Positions 10,576 to 20,211 of a stretch of DNA of 64,000 bases are shown here, piece by piece. How positions within the stretch are numbered: the first letter of the stretch is position 1; each line of letters starts with the position of its first letter. The position numbers were made by a program, and so were the translations under genes. Below the pieces are notes generated by a model. The model had not been told where the DNA came from and searched no databases. It worked only from the letters and a program-made list of their open reading frames with translations. This DNA comes from an uncultured delta proteobacterium (GTDB lineage Bacteria > Desulfobacterota > Desulfuromonadia > Desulfuromonadales > BM103): NCBI GenBank assembly GCA_963715335.1, contig CAVQRZ010000001.1, forward strand, positions 64,001-128,000. The letters are read 5' to 3'.

Positions 10576-11409
10576 ATGAGAACCCTGAGCCTCGGCTACT
10601 CCCCCTGTCCAAATGACACCTACATCTTTTATGCCCTCACGCACGGCAGAATCGCTTCGCCCGGTTTTTCCGTGGCGACGCGACTGGAAGACGTAGAAAC
10701 CCTGAATCGGCTGGCCATGGATGGCCACCTCGACCTGACGAAAATTTCCTATCATGCCTTCGGCCACCTGCGCGACCGATATGTTTTGCTGCGCAGCGGC
10801 GGCGCCCTGGGTCGCGGCTGCGGGCCGCTGGTGATTGCACCGAGAGCGGTCGATATGCACAGACTGTGCGGCAGGCGCATTGCGGTTCCCGGCAAACTGA
10901 CGACGGCGAACCTGCTGTTGCAGCTTTATGGCGCCGGCTATGACGACCTGCTGGTGGTGCCGTTCGACCAGATCATGCCGGCGCTCAGGCGCGGTGAGGC
11001 CGACGCCGGGGTCATTATCCACGAATCCCGCTTCACCTATCGTCAAGCGGGCTTTCACGAGGTGCTTGATCTCGGCGCCTGGTGGGAAACAGACACCGGC
11101 CTGCCGATCCCCCTCGGCGGGATCCTCGCCCGGCGAGATCTCGGTAGCGCGACGATCCAGGCCGCCGAGCGGGCCATCCGGTCCAGCCTTGAATATGCCC
11201 GGCAGCATCCGCATGAGCCGCGCGACTACATCAGGGAACACGCCCAGGAGCTGGATGAACAGGTGATCGATGCACACATCAAGCTCTACGTGAATGATTT
11301 CTCTCTGGACCTTGGAGAGGAGGGCGTTGCTGCAGTGGAGACGCTGATGATCAGGGCGGAAGCGCGTGGGCTGGTACCGAAATGCAGTGACCCGCTGTTT
11401 ATCGAGTGA
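10576..11409 (+). CDS. mqnD: 1,4-dihydroxy-6-naphthoate synthase
   Basis: LGYSPCPNDTYIF, EDVETLN, GALGRGCGP, IIHESRFTY, HIKLYVNDFS. Confidence 0.95.
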   Translation: MRTLSLGYSPCPNDTYIFYALTHGRIASPGFSVATRLEDVETLNRLAMDGHLDLTKISYHAFGHLRDRYVLLRSGGALGRGCGPLVIAPRAVDMHRLCGRRIAVPGKLTTANLLLQLYGAGYDDLLVVPFDQIMPALRRGEADAGVIIHESRFTYRQAGFHEVLDLGAWWETDTGLPIPLGGILARRDLGSATIQAAERAIRSSLEYARQHPHEPRDYIREHAQELDEQVIDAHIKLYVNDFSLDLGEEGVAAVETLMIRAEARGLVPKCSDPLFIE

Positions 11410-11437
11410 ACCGAACGGACATGATTTTGAGTAACCG

Positions 11438-12180
11438 AAGGGGAACAGATGGTTAATCTGTTGCCCTTGTCTATTGTTCTCTGGAATTCAAAGATAGAAT
11501 GGTTTTAAGTTCCGCACCTGCAGGTTACAAGATGTCTCATCGGTATGATTCTGCCACCCCATTTTGACAGCAGTACCGCGAGGCCCCCTGTAAAGGGCCG
11601 GTTCGTCTCCGCTGCTTTCCCTTAAAGCCATATCCCCTTCGCGAACGTCTATAGCCCTCTGCTAAGAGAAGGCACTTTTGCATACTTTTGTTGCCGGACA
11701 AAAGTATGGCGTCTGGCGGGACGCGACCCGCCGGTTCTGCTTTCCAGGGGTTGGAATTATCAAAGGAGATAAAAATCAAGAAAAGACCTGAATCTGGGGG
11801 TCGCGCCCCCCGACGGCGCCTTACTCTTTTACTGGCCTAAAAGAGTAAGCAGAAAAGGGCCTGCGCTGCGCTGGGCATGGACGTATGCATGATTTTCGTG
11901 GTTTCTGGCGGCTTATGTGCACGGGATCCGGCCCGTTGCAGGGGGCCTCACGAAACTGCTTTCTTGACCCGGTGGCCTATAATTGCATTGTGCTTGATAA
12001 ACCAACGTATACCTTTTTAGTTACAAACAAATTCAAAAGGATAGACACTGCTTCTGGGAGCCCTGCCACGCAGGGCAAGTCTTCGGATGACCTTTGTTCG
12101 CTCTTAAGAATAAAGCAAGAGGGCAACAGATTAACCATCTGTTGCCCTTGTCTATCGTGATGAACTTTTTCAGCAACCTG
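11438..12180. mobile_element. Modular ORF-less repeat element, copy A (palindromic arrangement)
   Basis: Terminal hairpins AAGGG(C/G)AACAGAT-N5-ATCTGTTGCCCTT at 11438-11468 and 12119-12149; internal modules shared with copies at 41.0 kb and 63.7 kb. Mobility is inferred, not shown. Confidence 0.75.
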
Positions 12181-12252
12181 AAGAGGTGTGGATCATTGCC
12201 CCGCACCACTGCAGGCAGTTAAACTTCTACATCAAGCATCTCGTGCTGCGCA

Positions 12253-13845
12253 TCACAACTTCAAATGCACAGCCTTGACAAATCGTGCGCCGACCGCTTC
12301 ATTCAACCTTGCCACGATCGCATCATCGATCGGTGAGTCGACGGAAAGGACCACCATCGCCTCGCCCCCCTTACCCCGGCGGCCCAGATTCATGGCGCCA
12401 ATATTGACTTCGGCCTCACCCAGAATCGTGCCGATCCTGCCGATCAGGCCCGGACGGTCTTCGTAGGTCATCACCAGCATGTGTTCCTCGGGGGTGAAGT
12501 CGGTATCGAAATCACGCATTCTGACGATCTTCGGCGTCCCTTCGAACAGGGTCCCGGCGATCGTGCGTTTGCCTTGCGGCGTCTCCAGGCTCAGCGTGAT
12601 CAGGTTGGAGAAAAATTCAGATTCGGTAGATCGGCTCTGCTCGACAACCAGACCGCGGCGTTCTGCAATCAGGTTGGCGTTGACCATGTTGACTTCCTGG
12701 TCCGTGCAGCGGTTGAGCAGTGCGGCAAGACCTGCCACCGTGATCGGCATGCAGTCATAGGCCGCGAGTTTACCGGTGTAGTTGAATGACACCTTGCCAG
12801 GATTCTCCGGCGCCAGCTGCGAGATGAAGTCGCCCAACACTGCCGCGAGGGTCATGAAGGGGCGCATCTGGGCCATCAGGTCCGGATCGAAACGGGCGAT
12901 ATTCACGGCATTCTCCACCGGCTTGCCATCAAGAAGGTTGAGGATTTCACGGCTGACATCAACCGCCACATTGGTTTGGGCTTCAAAGGTGTTGGCGCCG
13001 AGGTGAGGTGTGACCACCATGCGAGGATGGCCAATCAGTTTTTTCAATGTCTCATTGTTGGGCGGCTCCTCACTCCAGACGTCGAAGGCTGCCCCGGCCA
13101 CCTTGCCACTCTCGAGCGCCTCGAGCATCGCCGTTTCACTGATAATGCCGCCCCTGGCGCAGTTGACGATCAGGACACCGTCTTTCATGCGGGAGAAATG
13201 CTCTGCGGTCACCAGGTCGCGGGTTTCGGCATTCAGAGGGGTATGTACTGAGATAACATCCGCCGAAGCGACAAGCTCTTCCAGAGACACCAGACGGGTA
13301 CCGAAATCGGTCGCCCGCTTTTCGCTGATGTAAGGGTCGTAAACGACGACCTCCATCTCAAACGCCCGGGCCCGCAGCGCCACGCGACCACCGACCTTGC
13401 CGAGGCCAACGATTCCCATGGTCCGGTGGCGAAGCTCATAACCGGTAAAAGGGGCTCTCTGCCATTGCCCGCTCTTCAGGCTGGCATTGGCATCCGGAAC
13501 GTTGCGGCACAGGGCCAGCAGTAAAGCCATGGAATGCTCTGCCGCCGAGTTGGTGTTGCCGAACGGCGCGTTGACGACGATGATACCGCGCTCGCTGGCC
13601 GCCGGCACATCGACATTGTCGATACCGACCCCGGCCCTGGCGATCATTTTCAGGTTTTTTGCGTGGTCCAGGAGCTCCGCATCAACCTGGGTGCCCGAAC
13701 GGGTGATGATGGCATCGTAGCCGCCAATGATCTGGTGGAGTTCGGCTTTACCCAGTCCAAGCCGCACATCCAAATCTATGCGCGGTTCGTTCTGCAGGAG
13801 TTCGAGGCCCATCTCGGAAATTTCGTCGGTAACAATGACTTTCAT
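12253..13845 (-). CDS. serA: D-3-phosphoglycerate dehydrogenase, long type (ASB plus ACT domains)
   Basis: RAGVGIDN, GLGKVG, NCARGG, TPHLGA, C-terminal DRPGLIGRIG ACT domain. Confidence 0.95.
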   Translation of the reverse strand: MKVIVTDEISEMGLELLQNEPRIDLDVRLGLGKAELHQIIGGYDAIITRSGTQVDAELLDHAKNLKMIARAGVGIDNVDVPAASERGIIVVNAPFGNTNSAAEHSMALLLALCRNVPDANASLKSGQWQRAPFTGYELRHRTMGIVGLGKVGGRVALRARAFEMEVVVYDPYISEKRATDFGTRLVSLEELVASADVISVHTPLNAETRDLVTAEHFSRMKDGVLIVNCARGGIISETAMLEALESGKVAGAAFDVWSEEPPNNETLKKLIGHPRMVVTPHLGANTFEAQTNVAVDVSREILNLLDGKPVENAVNIARFDPDLMAQMRPFMTLAAVLGDFISQLAPENPGKVSFNYTGKLAAYDCMPITVAGLAALLNRCTDQEVNMVNANLIAERRGLVVEQSRSTESEFFSNLITLSLETPQGKRTIAGTLFEGTPKIVRMRDFDTDFTPEEHMLVMTYEDRPGLIGRIGTILGEAEVNIGAMNLGRRGKGGEAMVVLSVDSPIDDAIVARLNEAVGARFVKAVHLKL

Positions 13846-13958
13846 AAGCTGGATATCCTTCTTGGGAATTAGATCTTAACCTTTTAACACCCGGCTGCAA
13901 AGGGCGCAGAGGGAATAAAATTATGTCGGGTGTTCTGCGTAAACTCCGTACCGATACC

Positions 13959-14441
13959 TTACCCGCCGGCCTTGCTATGTTTTTCGAGGGCCTGCGCATT
14001 GATCTTTATGCAAAGACATTCACCGCTGGCGTAAAGCGTACCATCCAGGCTGCAGACGTCGCCATGGACCATAACCTTGCGGCCCTGCACGGAAACGATG
14101 CGCGTCGTCACCTGCACCACGGTTTTGATCGGCAGCAGATTGCGGAAGTTGACGTTCAGGTTGCCGACCACGACCTGATGTCCTGCCGCCCAGGCGGCCA
14201 AACCGAGAACTTCATCAAGGACTGCAGCGATACTGCCGCCGTGAGCGTGCGCGGGAGGACCCTCGGTGACCGGACCGAACCAGACCCGTGCGACCAGATG
14301 GCTCTCCCGGTCACGGAAGTATTTGATCCGGAAACGATTGCCGGTCTGGTCTCCCGAGACGAATCGCAGGGTTTCTCCAACCAGGGCAGGCGCATCGAAC
14401 AGCTCCCAGTCGGGTTCTCCATTGAGTTCCTGATCAGTCAC
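13959..14441 (-). CDS. PaaI-family hot-dog thioesterase
   Basis: EGPPAHAHGGSIAAVLDEVLG motif. Confidence 0.88.
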   Translation of the reverse strand: MTDQELNGEPDWELFDAPALVGETLRFVSGDQTGNRFRIKYFRDRESHLVARVWFGPVTEGPPAHAHGGSIAAVLDEVLGLAAWAAGHQVVVGNLNVNFRNLLPIKTVVQVTTRIVSVQGRKVMVHGDVCSLDGTLYASGECLCIKINAQALEKHSKAGG

Positions 14442-14532
14442 GCCAGTCTCCTAATGAAAAAGGGACACCCCCTCTGGAAGTGTCCCCATGCATTTCCAGG
14501 GGACACTTTTCTGTAAAAGTGTCCCTTAGCTA

Positions 14533-15621
14533 TCAACCGTTTTTCCTCTCGAACTCCTTCATGAACCCGGCCAGGATCTCAACACCGGCCAGCGGCATGG
14601 CGTTGTAGATCGAAGCGCGGATGCCACCGACGCTGCGATGCCCTTGCAGGGCATAGAGGCCGAGGGCGCCGGCTTCCTTGAGGAACTTCTCCTCCAGCTC
14701 AGGGGTTGCCAGGTTAAAGCTCACGTTCATGGTCCCACGGCATTCGGGCAATATCACGCCACGGTAATAGTCGCCGCCATCGATCAGATCATAAAGGATT
14801 TTGGCCTTCTGTTCGTTGACTTTTTCAATCGCTGCGACGCCACCCTGCTCCTGCAGCCATTCCAGGACCAGGCCAGTTACATAGATGGCAAAAGTGTTGG
14901 CCGTGTTGGTCAGTGAATTGTCGGCAGCACAAACCTTGTAGTTGAGCAGGGTCGGAGTCTGCGCGGAAGCGTATTCGAGCAGGTCTTCACGGATCACCAC
15001 GATAGCGGTTCCGGAGGGCCCGAGGTTCTTCTGCAAACCGGCGTAGACACAGCCGAACTGGCTAAAGTCCAGGACCCTCGAGAGCATTTCAGAGGTCTGG
15101 TCAACGATCAGTGGCACGCTCCCGGTCTCAGGGAAAGTCTGCCAGCGTGATCCGTACAGGGTGTTGTTGCCGGTCACATGCAGGTATGCAGCGTCCTGGT
15201 CGACCATCTCGGGGGTAACCGCCGGAATGCGATCGTAGTTGGTTTGGGCGCTGCTGGCAATCACACGAATGTCACCGAATGGCTTGGCATCCTTGTGGGC
15301 CAGCTTGGCAAAGTTTCCGCTCTCGACATACAGGCATTTCTTGCTCGGGGAACGATCGGCCAGGTTGAGCGGCAGCGCGGCAAACTGCATACGCGCCCCA
15401 CCGTGGACGAAGAGGATCTTGTAATTGTCCGGCAGGTTGGTCAGTTGCCGAAAACGGTTCTGGGCATCGACCAGGACTTTTTCGAACTGCTTGGCACGAT
15501 GGCTGACTTCGATGACCGAAACACCGAGCCCCTGGAAATCGAACCATTCCTTCTGAACCCGTTCCATGACCGGGACTGGCAGCATCGCCGGACCGGCCCC
15601 GAAATTATAAACCTGGGACAT
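14533..15621 (-). CDS. serC: Phosphoserine aminotransferase
   Basis: YNFGAGPAMLP, SHR, GGA, QKNLGP (PLP lysine), GHRSVGGIRASIYNA. Confidence 0.96.
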   Translation of the reverse strand: MSQVYNFGAGPAMLPVPVMERVQKEWFDFQGLGVSVIEVSHRAKQFEKVLVDAQNRFRQLTNLPDNYKILFVHGGARMQFAALPLNLADRSPSKKCLYVESGNFAKLAHKDAKPFGDIRVIASSAQTNYDRIPAVTPEMVDQDAAYLHVTGNNTLYGSRWQTFPETGSVPLIVDQTSEMLSRVLDFSQFGCVYAGLQKNLGPSGTAIVVIREDLLEYASAQTPTLLNYKVCAADNSLTNTANTFAIYVTGLVLEWLQEQGGVAAIEKVNEQKAKILYDLIDGGDYYRGVILPECRGTMNVSFNLATPELEEKFLKEAGALGLYALQGHRSVGGIRASIYNAMPLAGVEILAGFMKEFERKNG

Positions 15622-15690
15622 CGTCTCCTCCTGTTGTCCTTACATTGATATGTAGAAACTGTTCAGCACTATGCTGTTTGAATTGCCAGG

Positions 15691-15746
15691 GAATCCAGGA
15701 CCAAGAATTCAGAATTCTGGATACTGAATTCTGAATACTGGATACC
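15691..15746. repeat. Heptamer-based palindromic repeat, second family (GAATTCA/ATACTGG)
   Basis: GAATCCA GGACCAA GAATTCA GAATTC TGGATAC TGAATTC TGAATAC TGGATAC. Confidence 0.75.
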
Positions 15747-15748
15747 CG

Positions 15749-16918
15749 TTAAAGGGTCCGCACCTTGATGACTCCATCAATATCTTCGAGGGCCTGGATC
15801 AGTTCAGGGGTCGGCTCCTGCTCGATATCGATAATATTGTACGCAGCGTCGCTGCGGCTCTTGTTGATCATGTCGATCACGTTAATGTTGCGGTCGGCCA
15901 GAATCGAGAGAACCTGGTTAAGCATTTTCGGCACGTTCCGGTTAGAGAAGGCAAGCCGGAAGCCGCCATTGCGTTCAAGGGCGATGTTGGGGAAATTAAC
16001 CGAATTCCTGATGTTGCCATTCTCCAGGAAATCGATCAGCTGGTCGGCAACCATGATGGCACAGTTTTCCTCAGCCTCTTCGGTGCTGGCGCCAAGATGC
16101 GGAATCGCAACCACTTTATCGTGGCCCATCAACTCCACAACCGGGAAATCGGTGATGTACTTGCCGATCTTGCCATTGTCCAGGCCCATCAGAATAGCCT
16201 CTGTGTCAACGACTTTTTCCCGTGAGAGATTGATCAGGGTCGCACCCCGGCGGAAGCTGTCGATAAGGTCTTTGTTGACCAAATTGCGGGTGGCTTCAAG
16301 GACAGGCAGATGCAATGTCACAATGTCCGCCTTGGACAACAAGGACTGCATGTTTTCCATGCGCTGAACATCGCGCGACAGTCGCCAGGCCGCCTCGACC
16401 GAGAGGGCCGGGTCGTAGCCAAGCACTTTCATGCCGAGCATCAGACCGGTTTCGGCAACCAGGGAGCCGATGGCGCCAAGGCCGACGACGCCGAGGACCT
16501 TGCCTTTCAGTTCGGTCCCGCCATAGGTCTTCTTGCCACCTTCGACCAGCTTGTGCAGCTCTTCGGCAGTTTTGCCAGGCCCCTCCTTGCGGACGAACTC
16601 TATTGCGCCGACAATATCACGCGTCGAGAGCAACATGGCCGCAAGTGCGAGTTCCTTGACCGCGTTGGCATTGGCCCCCGGCGCATTGAACACCACGATG
16701 CCGCGCTCGGTGCAGTTATCAACCGGAATATTGTTGACCCCGGCGCCGGCTCGGCCGATCGCCTTGACGGAGGTCTCAATGTCCTGCGCCTGCAGCACGT
16801 GGCTGCGCAGCATAATCGCATCGGGGGTGCCGATCTCGCTGGCAATTTCATATTTGTCGAGAGAAAACTTCTCCAGACCTTTGACGGAAATCTTGTTATA
16901 AGTACGAACCTTGTTCAT
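15749..16918 (-). CDS. serA: Second phosphoglycerate dehydrogenase, short type (ACT only, ~389 aa)
   Basis: RAGAGVNNIP, PGANANAVKE, GLGAIG, PHLGASTEEAEENCA, SVNFP; start ATG 16918 after GGAG. Confidence 0.9.
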   Translation of the reverse strand: MNKVRTYNKISVKGLEKFSLDKYEIASEIGTPDAIMLRSHVLQAQDIETSVKAIGRAGAGVNNIPVDNCTERGIVVFNAPGANANAVKELALAAMLLSTRDIVGAIEFVRKEGPGKTAEELHKLVEGGKKTYGGTELKGKVLGVVGLGAIGSLVAETGLMLGMKVLGYDPALSVEAAWRLSRDVQRMENMQSLLSKADIVTLHLPVLEATRNLVNKDLIDSFRRGATLINLSREKVVDTEAILMGLDNGKIGKYITDFPVVELMGHDKVVAIPHLGASTEEAEENCAIMVADQLIDFLENGNIRNSVNFPNIALERNGGFRLAFSNRNVPKMLNQVLSILADRNINVIDMINKSRSDAAYNIIDIEQEPTPELIQALEDIDGVIKVRTL

Positions 16919-17069
16919 CACGGGCTCCAGCAAAACATGAATGGTTAAAAAGAAAACGCCGCCCCACCCACAAGGGTTGTCATGGTCGGCGATTTCTGCT
17001 TTCAGCAGGTTGTGCAAAAGCCTACCGGAAGGCCGTTTTTACACCTTTTCCGGCAGGTTGTCAATGGGC

Positions 17070-18407
17070 TCAGCGGGTAATCCTGCGCGCCTCCAGGTAG
17101 AAGCGTTTTTCATCCGCTTCGCCCATGGAGAAAGTCTTCCGGGGCAGGGCTCCGTCACGCACAATCGTGCGGAATAGATCGTGCTTCGAAATGGACGGCA
17201 GGTAGAAACCGATGTTGCCCTTCTGGCCGCCGAGACGGGTGACCGCATCGTCGCCATGAATGTAATCAATGCGCGCCTGCGGGTTGCCCTTCAGGTAATC
17301 ATCGAGGAAGTTCTGCAGGGTTGCAACCTCGAGGGTCAACGACGGTTGATCGACCCGCAGGAGAGCAAAACCGTCCGCCGTGACAAAGGCAATCGCGTGG
17401 GCCGCACCGGCCGCCTCGGCGGCGGCGGTCGCCTCATCAAGACCGGGGTATTTCTCCACGGCGCAGGGAGTTCCGGCCTTCAGGTAATACTGGTCAGCCT
17501 TTTCAAGCAGATCATCGACACTCACATTAAACACGACCCGGTGGATTGCTTCGAACTCAAGGCCCGGGTCATGCACATTGACCAGTTCGACCAGCGCATA
17601 GCGGGCCGGGTGGTCCATGACCTCTGCCGGATCTGCCGCAGCGGACTTGAGCTGCTCCCAGATCGCCTTTGCCGTCGCAAAGCTGTGGTTGCCGTCGCCC
17701 ATTGCATAGAGCATCACCTCGTCATCTTCAACCTCATAGCGTTGCTGGAAACGCTCTTTCTCGGCAAGAGCGGCCAGGGCGCTGGCCACCTGACCCAGCA
17801 GCGCCGGCTGATCAACCTTCCAACCCCGGAGGGCCCCGCTACCCTGCATCAGTTCAAAGTCGTACACCTTCTCCAGGGCTTCCTCAAACAACGGCTCGAT
17901 GACTGTCTGCTCCGGATCATCGATCAGCACCATGATGTGCGGCAGTTCAATGGCGGCGTTTTCGCGCACACGTATCCGCGGCGGCAGCCGGTCGACGATC
18001 GTCCCTTCGGTAGCCCGGATCAGCGTTTTGGTGCCAGGCCGGTAATCGTAGGCTTCGAGGTCGAGCGCTACGATCAGTCCCTTGCGTGAAGCGACGTGAC
18101 CGGTTTTGCGATCGAGCAGGACGAACCCCCGGTCCTGGGCAACCAGGACACCGTCTGCAACATATTGATTCATGCTGGCGTTGATCCTGGCAATCCGCGC
18201 ATCACCGTCGTCGTCCTCCAGGTAAACTTCAGGGAAAATCAGGCGCAGGGTTGACGGTTGATCGGCAACCAGCCGGTCGACGTCTGCCCAGTATTCCGGC
18301 TCCGAAGTATACTGATCGCAGGCAATCACAGCCCAGCGATGCAGGTCAACGTCCCGCCCGGGCAAGAGGATCTCCGGGACTTCCATGGCAAGTTTCGCAA
18401 AGTTCAT
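17070..18407 (-). CDS. DUF1015-family protein
   Basis: WAVIACDQYTS, IRATEGT, GDGNHS, LPRKTFSMG..EKRFYLE; sits next to serC/serA as this family often does. Confidence 0.88.
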   Translation of the reverse strand: MNFAKLAMEVPEILLPGRDVDLHRWAVIACDQYTSEPEYWADVDRLVADQPSTLRLIFPEVYLEDDDGDARIARINASMNQYVADGVLVAQDRGFVLLDRKTGHVASRKGLIVALDLEAYDYRPGTKTLIRATEGTIVDRLPPRIRVRENAAIELPHIMVLIDDPEQTVIEPLFEEALEKVYDFELMQGSGALRGWKVDQPALLGQVASALAALAEKERFQQRYEVEDDEVMLYAMGDGNHSFATAKAIWEQLKSAAADPAEVMDHPARYALVELVNVHDPGLEFEAIHRVVFNVSVDDLLEKADQYYLKAGTPCAVEKYPGLDEATAAAEAAGAAHAIAFVTADGFALLRVDQPSLTLEVATLQNFLDDYLKGNPQARIDYIHGDDAVTRLGGQKGNIGFYLPSISKHDLFRTIVRDGALPRKTFSMGEADEKRFYLEARRITR

Positions 18408-18452
18408 GATCGTTTTCCCTGTACGGTGAAAGATATCGGTCCGAACCGAAAG

Positions 18453-18722
18453 TTATTTGACAATCCTCAGATGTGACGGACCGGGGCCGTCGCCATCAGG
18501 CTTGTCGGGCGGGTCCTCTTCGGCGGCATCACGCAGAACGGCCATGGTCGGCAACGCGCTCGTGGCAACCATCTGTTGAATACCCTTCGCCACGGCCAGG
18601 CATTGTTTCGTACAAACCTTGCGCACCGGGCACATGGTGCAGTCGGCTTCTCCACCAGCGGCGCGCAAAGCATGAATCACCAGGTCGACACTTTCAATCT
18701 GGTTTAGGGGAATCAGAAACAT
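18453..18722 (-). CDS. Small Cys-motif protein with SspB-like C-terminal tail
   Basis: AGGAG RBS before ATG 18722; CTMCPVRKVCTKQC; ends DPPDKPDGDGPGPSHLRIVK. Confidence 0.75.
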   Translation of the reverse strand: MFLIPLNQIESVDLVIHALRAAGGEADCTMCPVRKVCTKQCLAVAKGIQQMVATSALPTMAVLRDAAEEDPPDKPDGDGPGPSHLRIVK

Positions 18723-18759
18723 CTCCACTCCTACTAATTAACGCAAAGACGCAGAGTCG

Positions 18760-18835
18760 CTGAGGAGAATCCCTAAAGCAAAGTCATTTTTCCCCAAAAT
18801 AAGGTTTTTACTCTGCATTCTTTGCGGCTCTGCGA
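18760..18835. repeat. Octamer-based palindromic repeat
   Basis: ACGCAAAG ACGCAGAG TCGCTGAG ... CTCTGCAT TCTTTGCGG CTCTGCGA. Confidence 0.7.
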
Positions 18836-18950
18836 TAAAAATCTTCTTTTTGGTTATAGCCCCGAAAATAAATACTTATGGGTTCTCTTTGTGTGATTGC
18901 GTTTTAAATGTTTTTTCGCGCTACTCGTCCCGCGCCACGCGTCCCTTGTC

Positions 18951-19970
18951 CTAAAGTTTTTTCCCCGCCACTTTCGCAAACTCGGCGAGCTTTACCATCA
19001 TTGCCTGGAACTCGGCAGGGCGCAACGATTGCGGGCCATCACTTGCTGCGGTCTCCGGATGGGGGTGGACTTCGACGATCAGACCGTCGCAACCTGCAGC
19101 CACGGAGGCGTAGCACATACTCGGCACCAGAGAAGCGTGACCGGTCGCATGCGAAGGATCGATAATAATCGGCAAGTGGGTCTGCTCTTGCAGAACCGGA
19201 ATTGCAGAGATATCGAGTGTGTTACGGGTCGCTGTTTCAAAGGTACGGATACCGCGTTCGCAGAGGATCACCCGCTGGTTCCCTTCGGAGAGAATATACT
19301 CTGCACTCATGAGGAATTCCTGGATGGTCGTTGCCATCCCTCTTTTGAGCAAAATCGGCTTGTCGAGTTTACCCAACATTTTGAGCAAGGCAAAGTTCTG
19401 GGTGTTACGCGCCCCGACCTGCATCACATCAGCATACTTTGCAACCAGATCGACATCACGAGGGTTCACAACCTCGGTGACGATCGGCAACCCGGTCTCA
19501 GCGCGAGCCATAGCCAGCAACCTGAGCCCATCTTCCTCCATCCCCTGAAAAGAGTAGGGACTGGAGCGGGGCTTGAATGCGCCACCGCGCAGGACCGTGG
19601 CTCCGGCGGCCTTGACGGCACGGGCCGTTTCAAGGATCTGTGCCTCGCTCTCCACCGAACAGGGTCCGGCCATGACAATAAGCTGATCACCACCGACCGC
19701 TATGCCGGGAGCGATTTCAACAACTGTTCGCTCCAGTTTGACTTCCTTGCTTGCCAATTTGTAGGGCTTGAGGATCGGCACCACGTTTTCCACGCCTGGC
19801 ATTGATTCGATTGACTGCAGGACCGACTTGCCTCGCTCATCGCCAACAGCGCCAATCACGTTGCGGGTCTCGCCGTGGATAACGTGGGGCTTGTAACCCA
19901 GATCCTTGATGCGCTGTTTGACGTCGGCCAGCTGGTTTTTACTGGCGCCTTTTTTCATAACAATAATCAT
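18951..19970 (-). CDS. aroF: DAHP synthase, type I-beta with N-terminal regulatory domain
   Basis: [51 protein letters not shown]. Confidence 0.95.
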   Translation of the reverse strand: MIIVMKKGASKNQLADVKQRIKDLGYKPHVIHGETRNVIGAVGDERGKSVLQSIESMPGVENVVPILKPYKLASKEVKLERTVVEIAPGIAVGGDQLIVMAGPCSVESEAQILETARAVKAAGATVLRGGAFKPRSSPYSFQGMEEDGLRLLAMARAETGLPIVTEVVNPRDVDLVAKYADVMQVGARNTQNFALLKMLGKLDKPILLKRGMATTIQEFLMSAEYILSEGNQRVILCERGIRTFETATRNTLDISAIPVLQEQTHLPIIIDPSHATGHASLVPSMCYASVAAGCDGLIVEVHPHPETAASDGPQSLRPAEFQAMMVKLAEFAKVAGKKL

Positions 19971-20058
19971 TGGTCTGCTCCTTCGGGAAAGTTCAGGTCA
20001 TACGGTAAAGGCCGACAGGGTTTACCCGGCGGCCTTCATCGTTTACTTCCCCGAAACG

Positions 20059-20099
20059 AAAAAACCACCGGCGCCCCTGATCGAGCCTGCCCGTGGTTT
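20059..20099 (-). terminator. Attenuator terminator in the aroF leader
   Basis: mRNA AAACCACGGGC...GCCGGUGGUUUUUU. Confidence 0.75.
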
Positions 20100-20124
20100 C
20101 GGTAGTTCTATCGACAGTTCGTTG

Positions 20125-20211
20125 TCAACAGACGTCACCCCGGCCAGGCAGTCCAAAAAAACTGCCGAACCAAAAGGAAAAACCTGCAAACGACCAGCCT
20201 TGATATTTCAT
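20125..20211 (-). CDS. Aromatic-rich leader peptide (28 aa) MKYQGWSFAGFSFWFGSFFGLPGRGDVC
   Basis: Manual translation; 6 Phe, 2 Trp, 1 Tyr in the first 19 codons; AAGGTGG RBS; lies upstream of the terminator and aroF. Confidence 0.85.
   Translation of the reverse strand: MKYQGWSFAGFSFWFGSFFGLPGRGDVC

Noticed and set aside
11537..12160. ORFs inside the repeat elements (11537-11779, 11885-12160, 41272-41665, 63693-63896)
   Set aside because: No RBS, frames not conserved between copies, and no transposase motifs.
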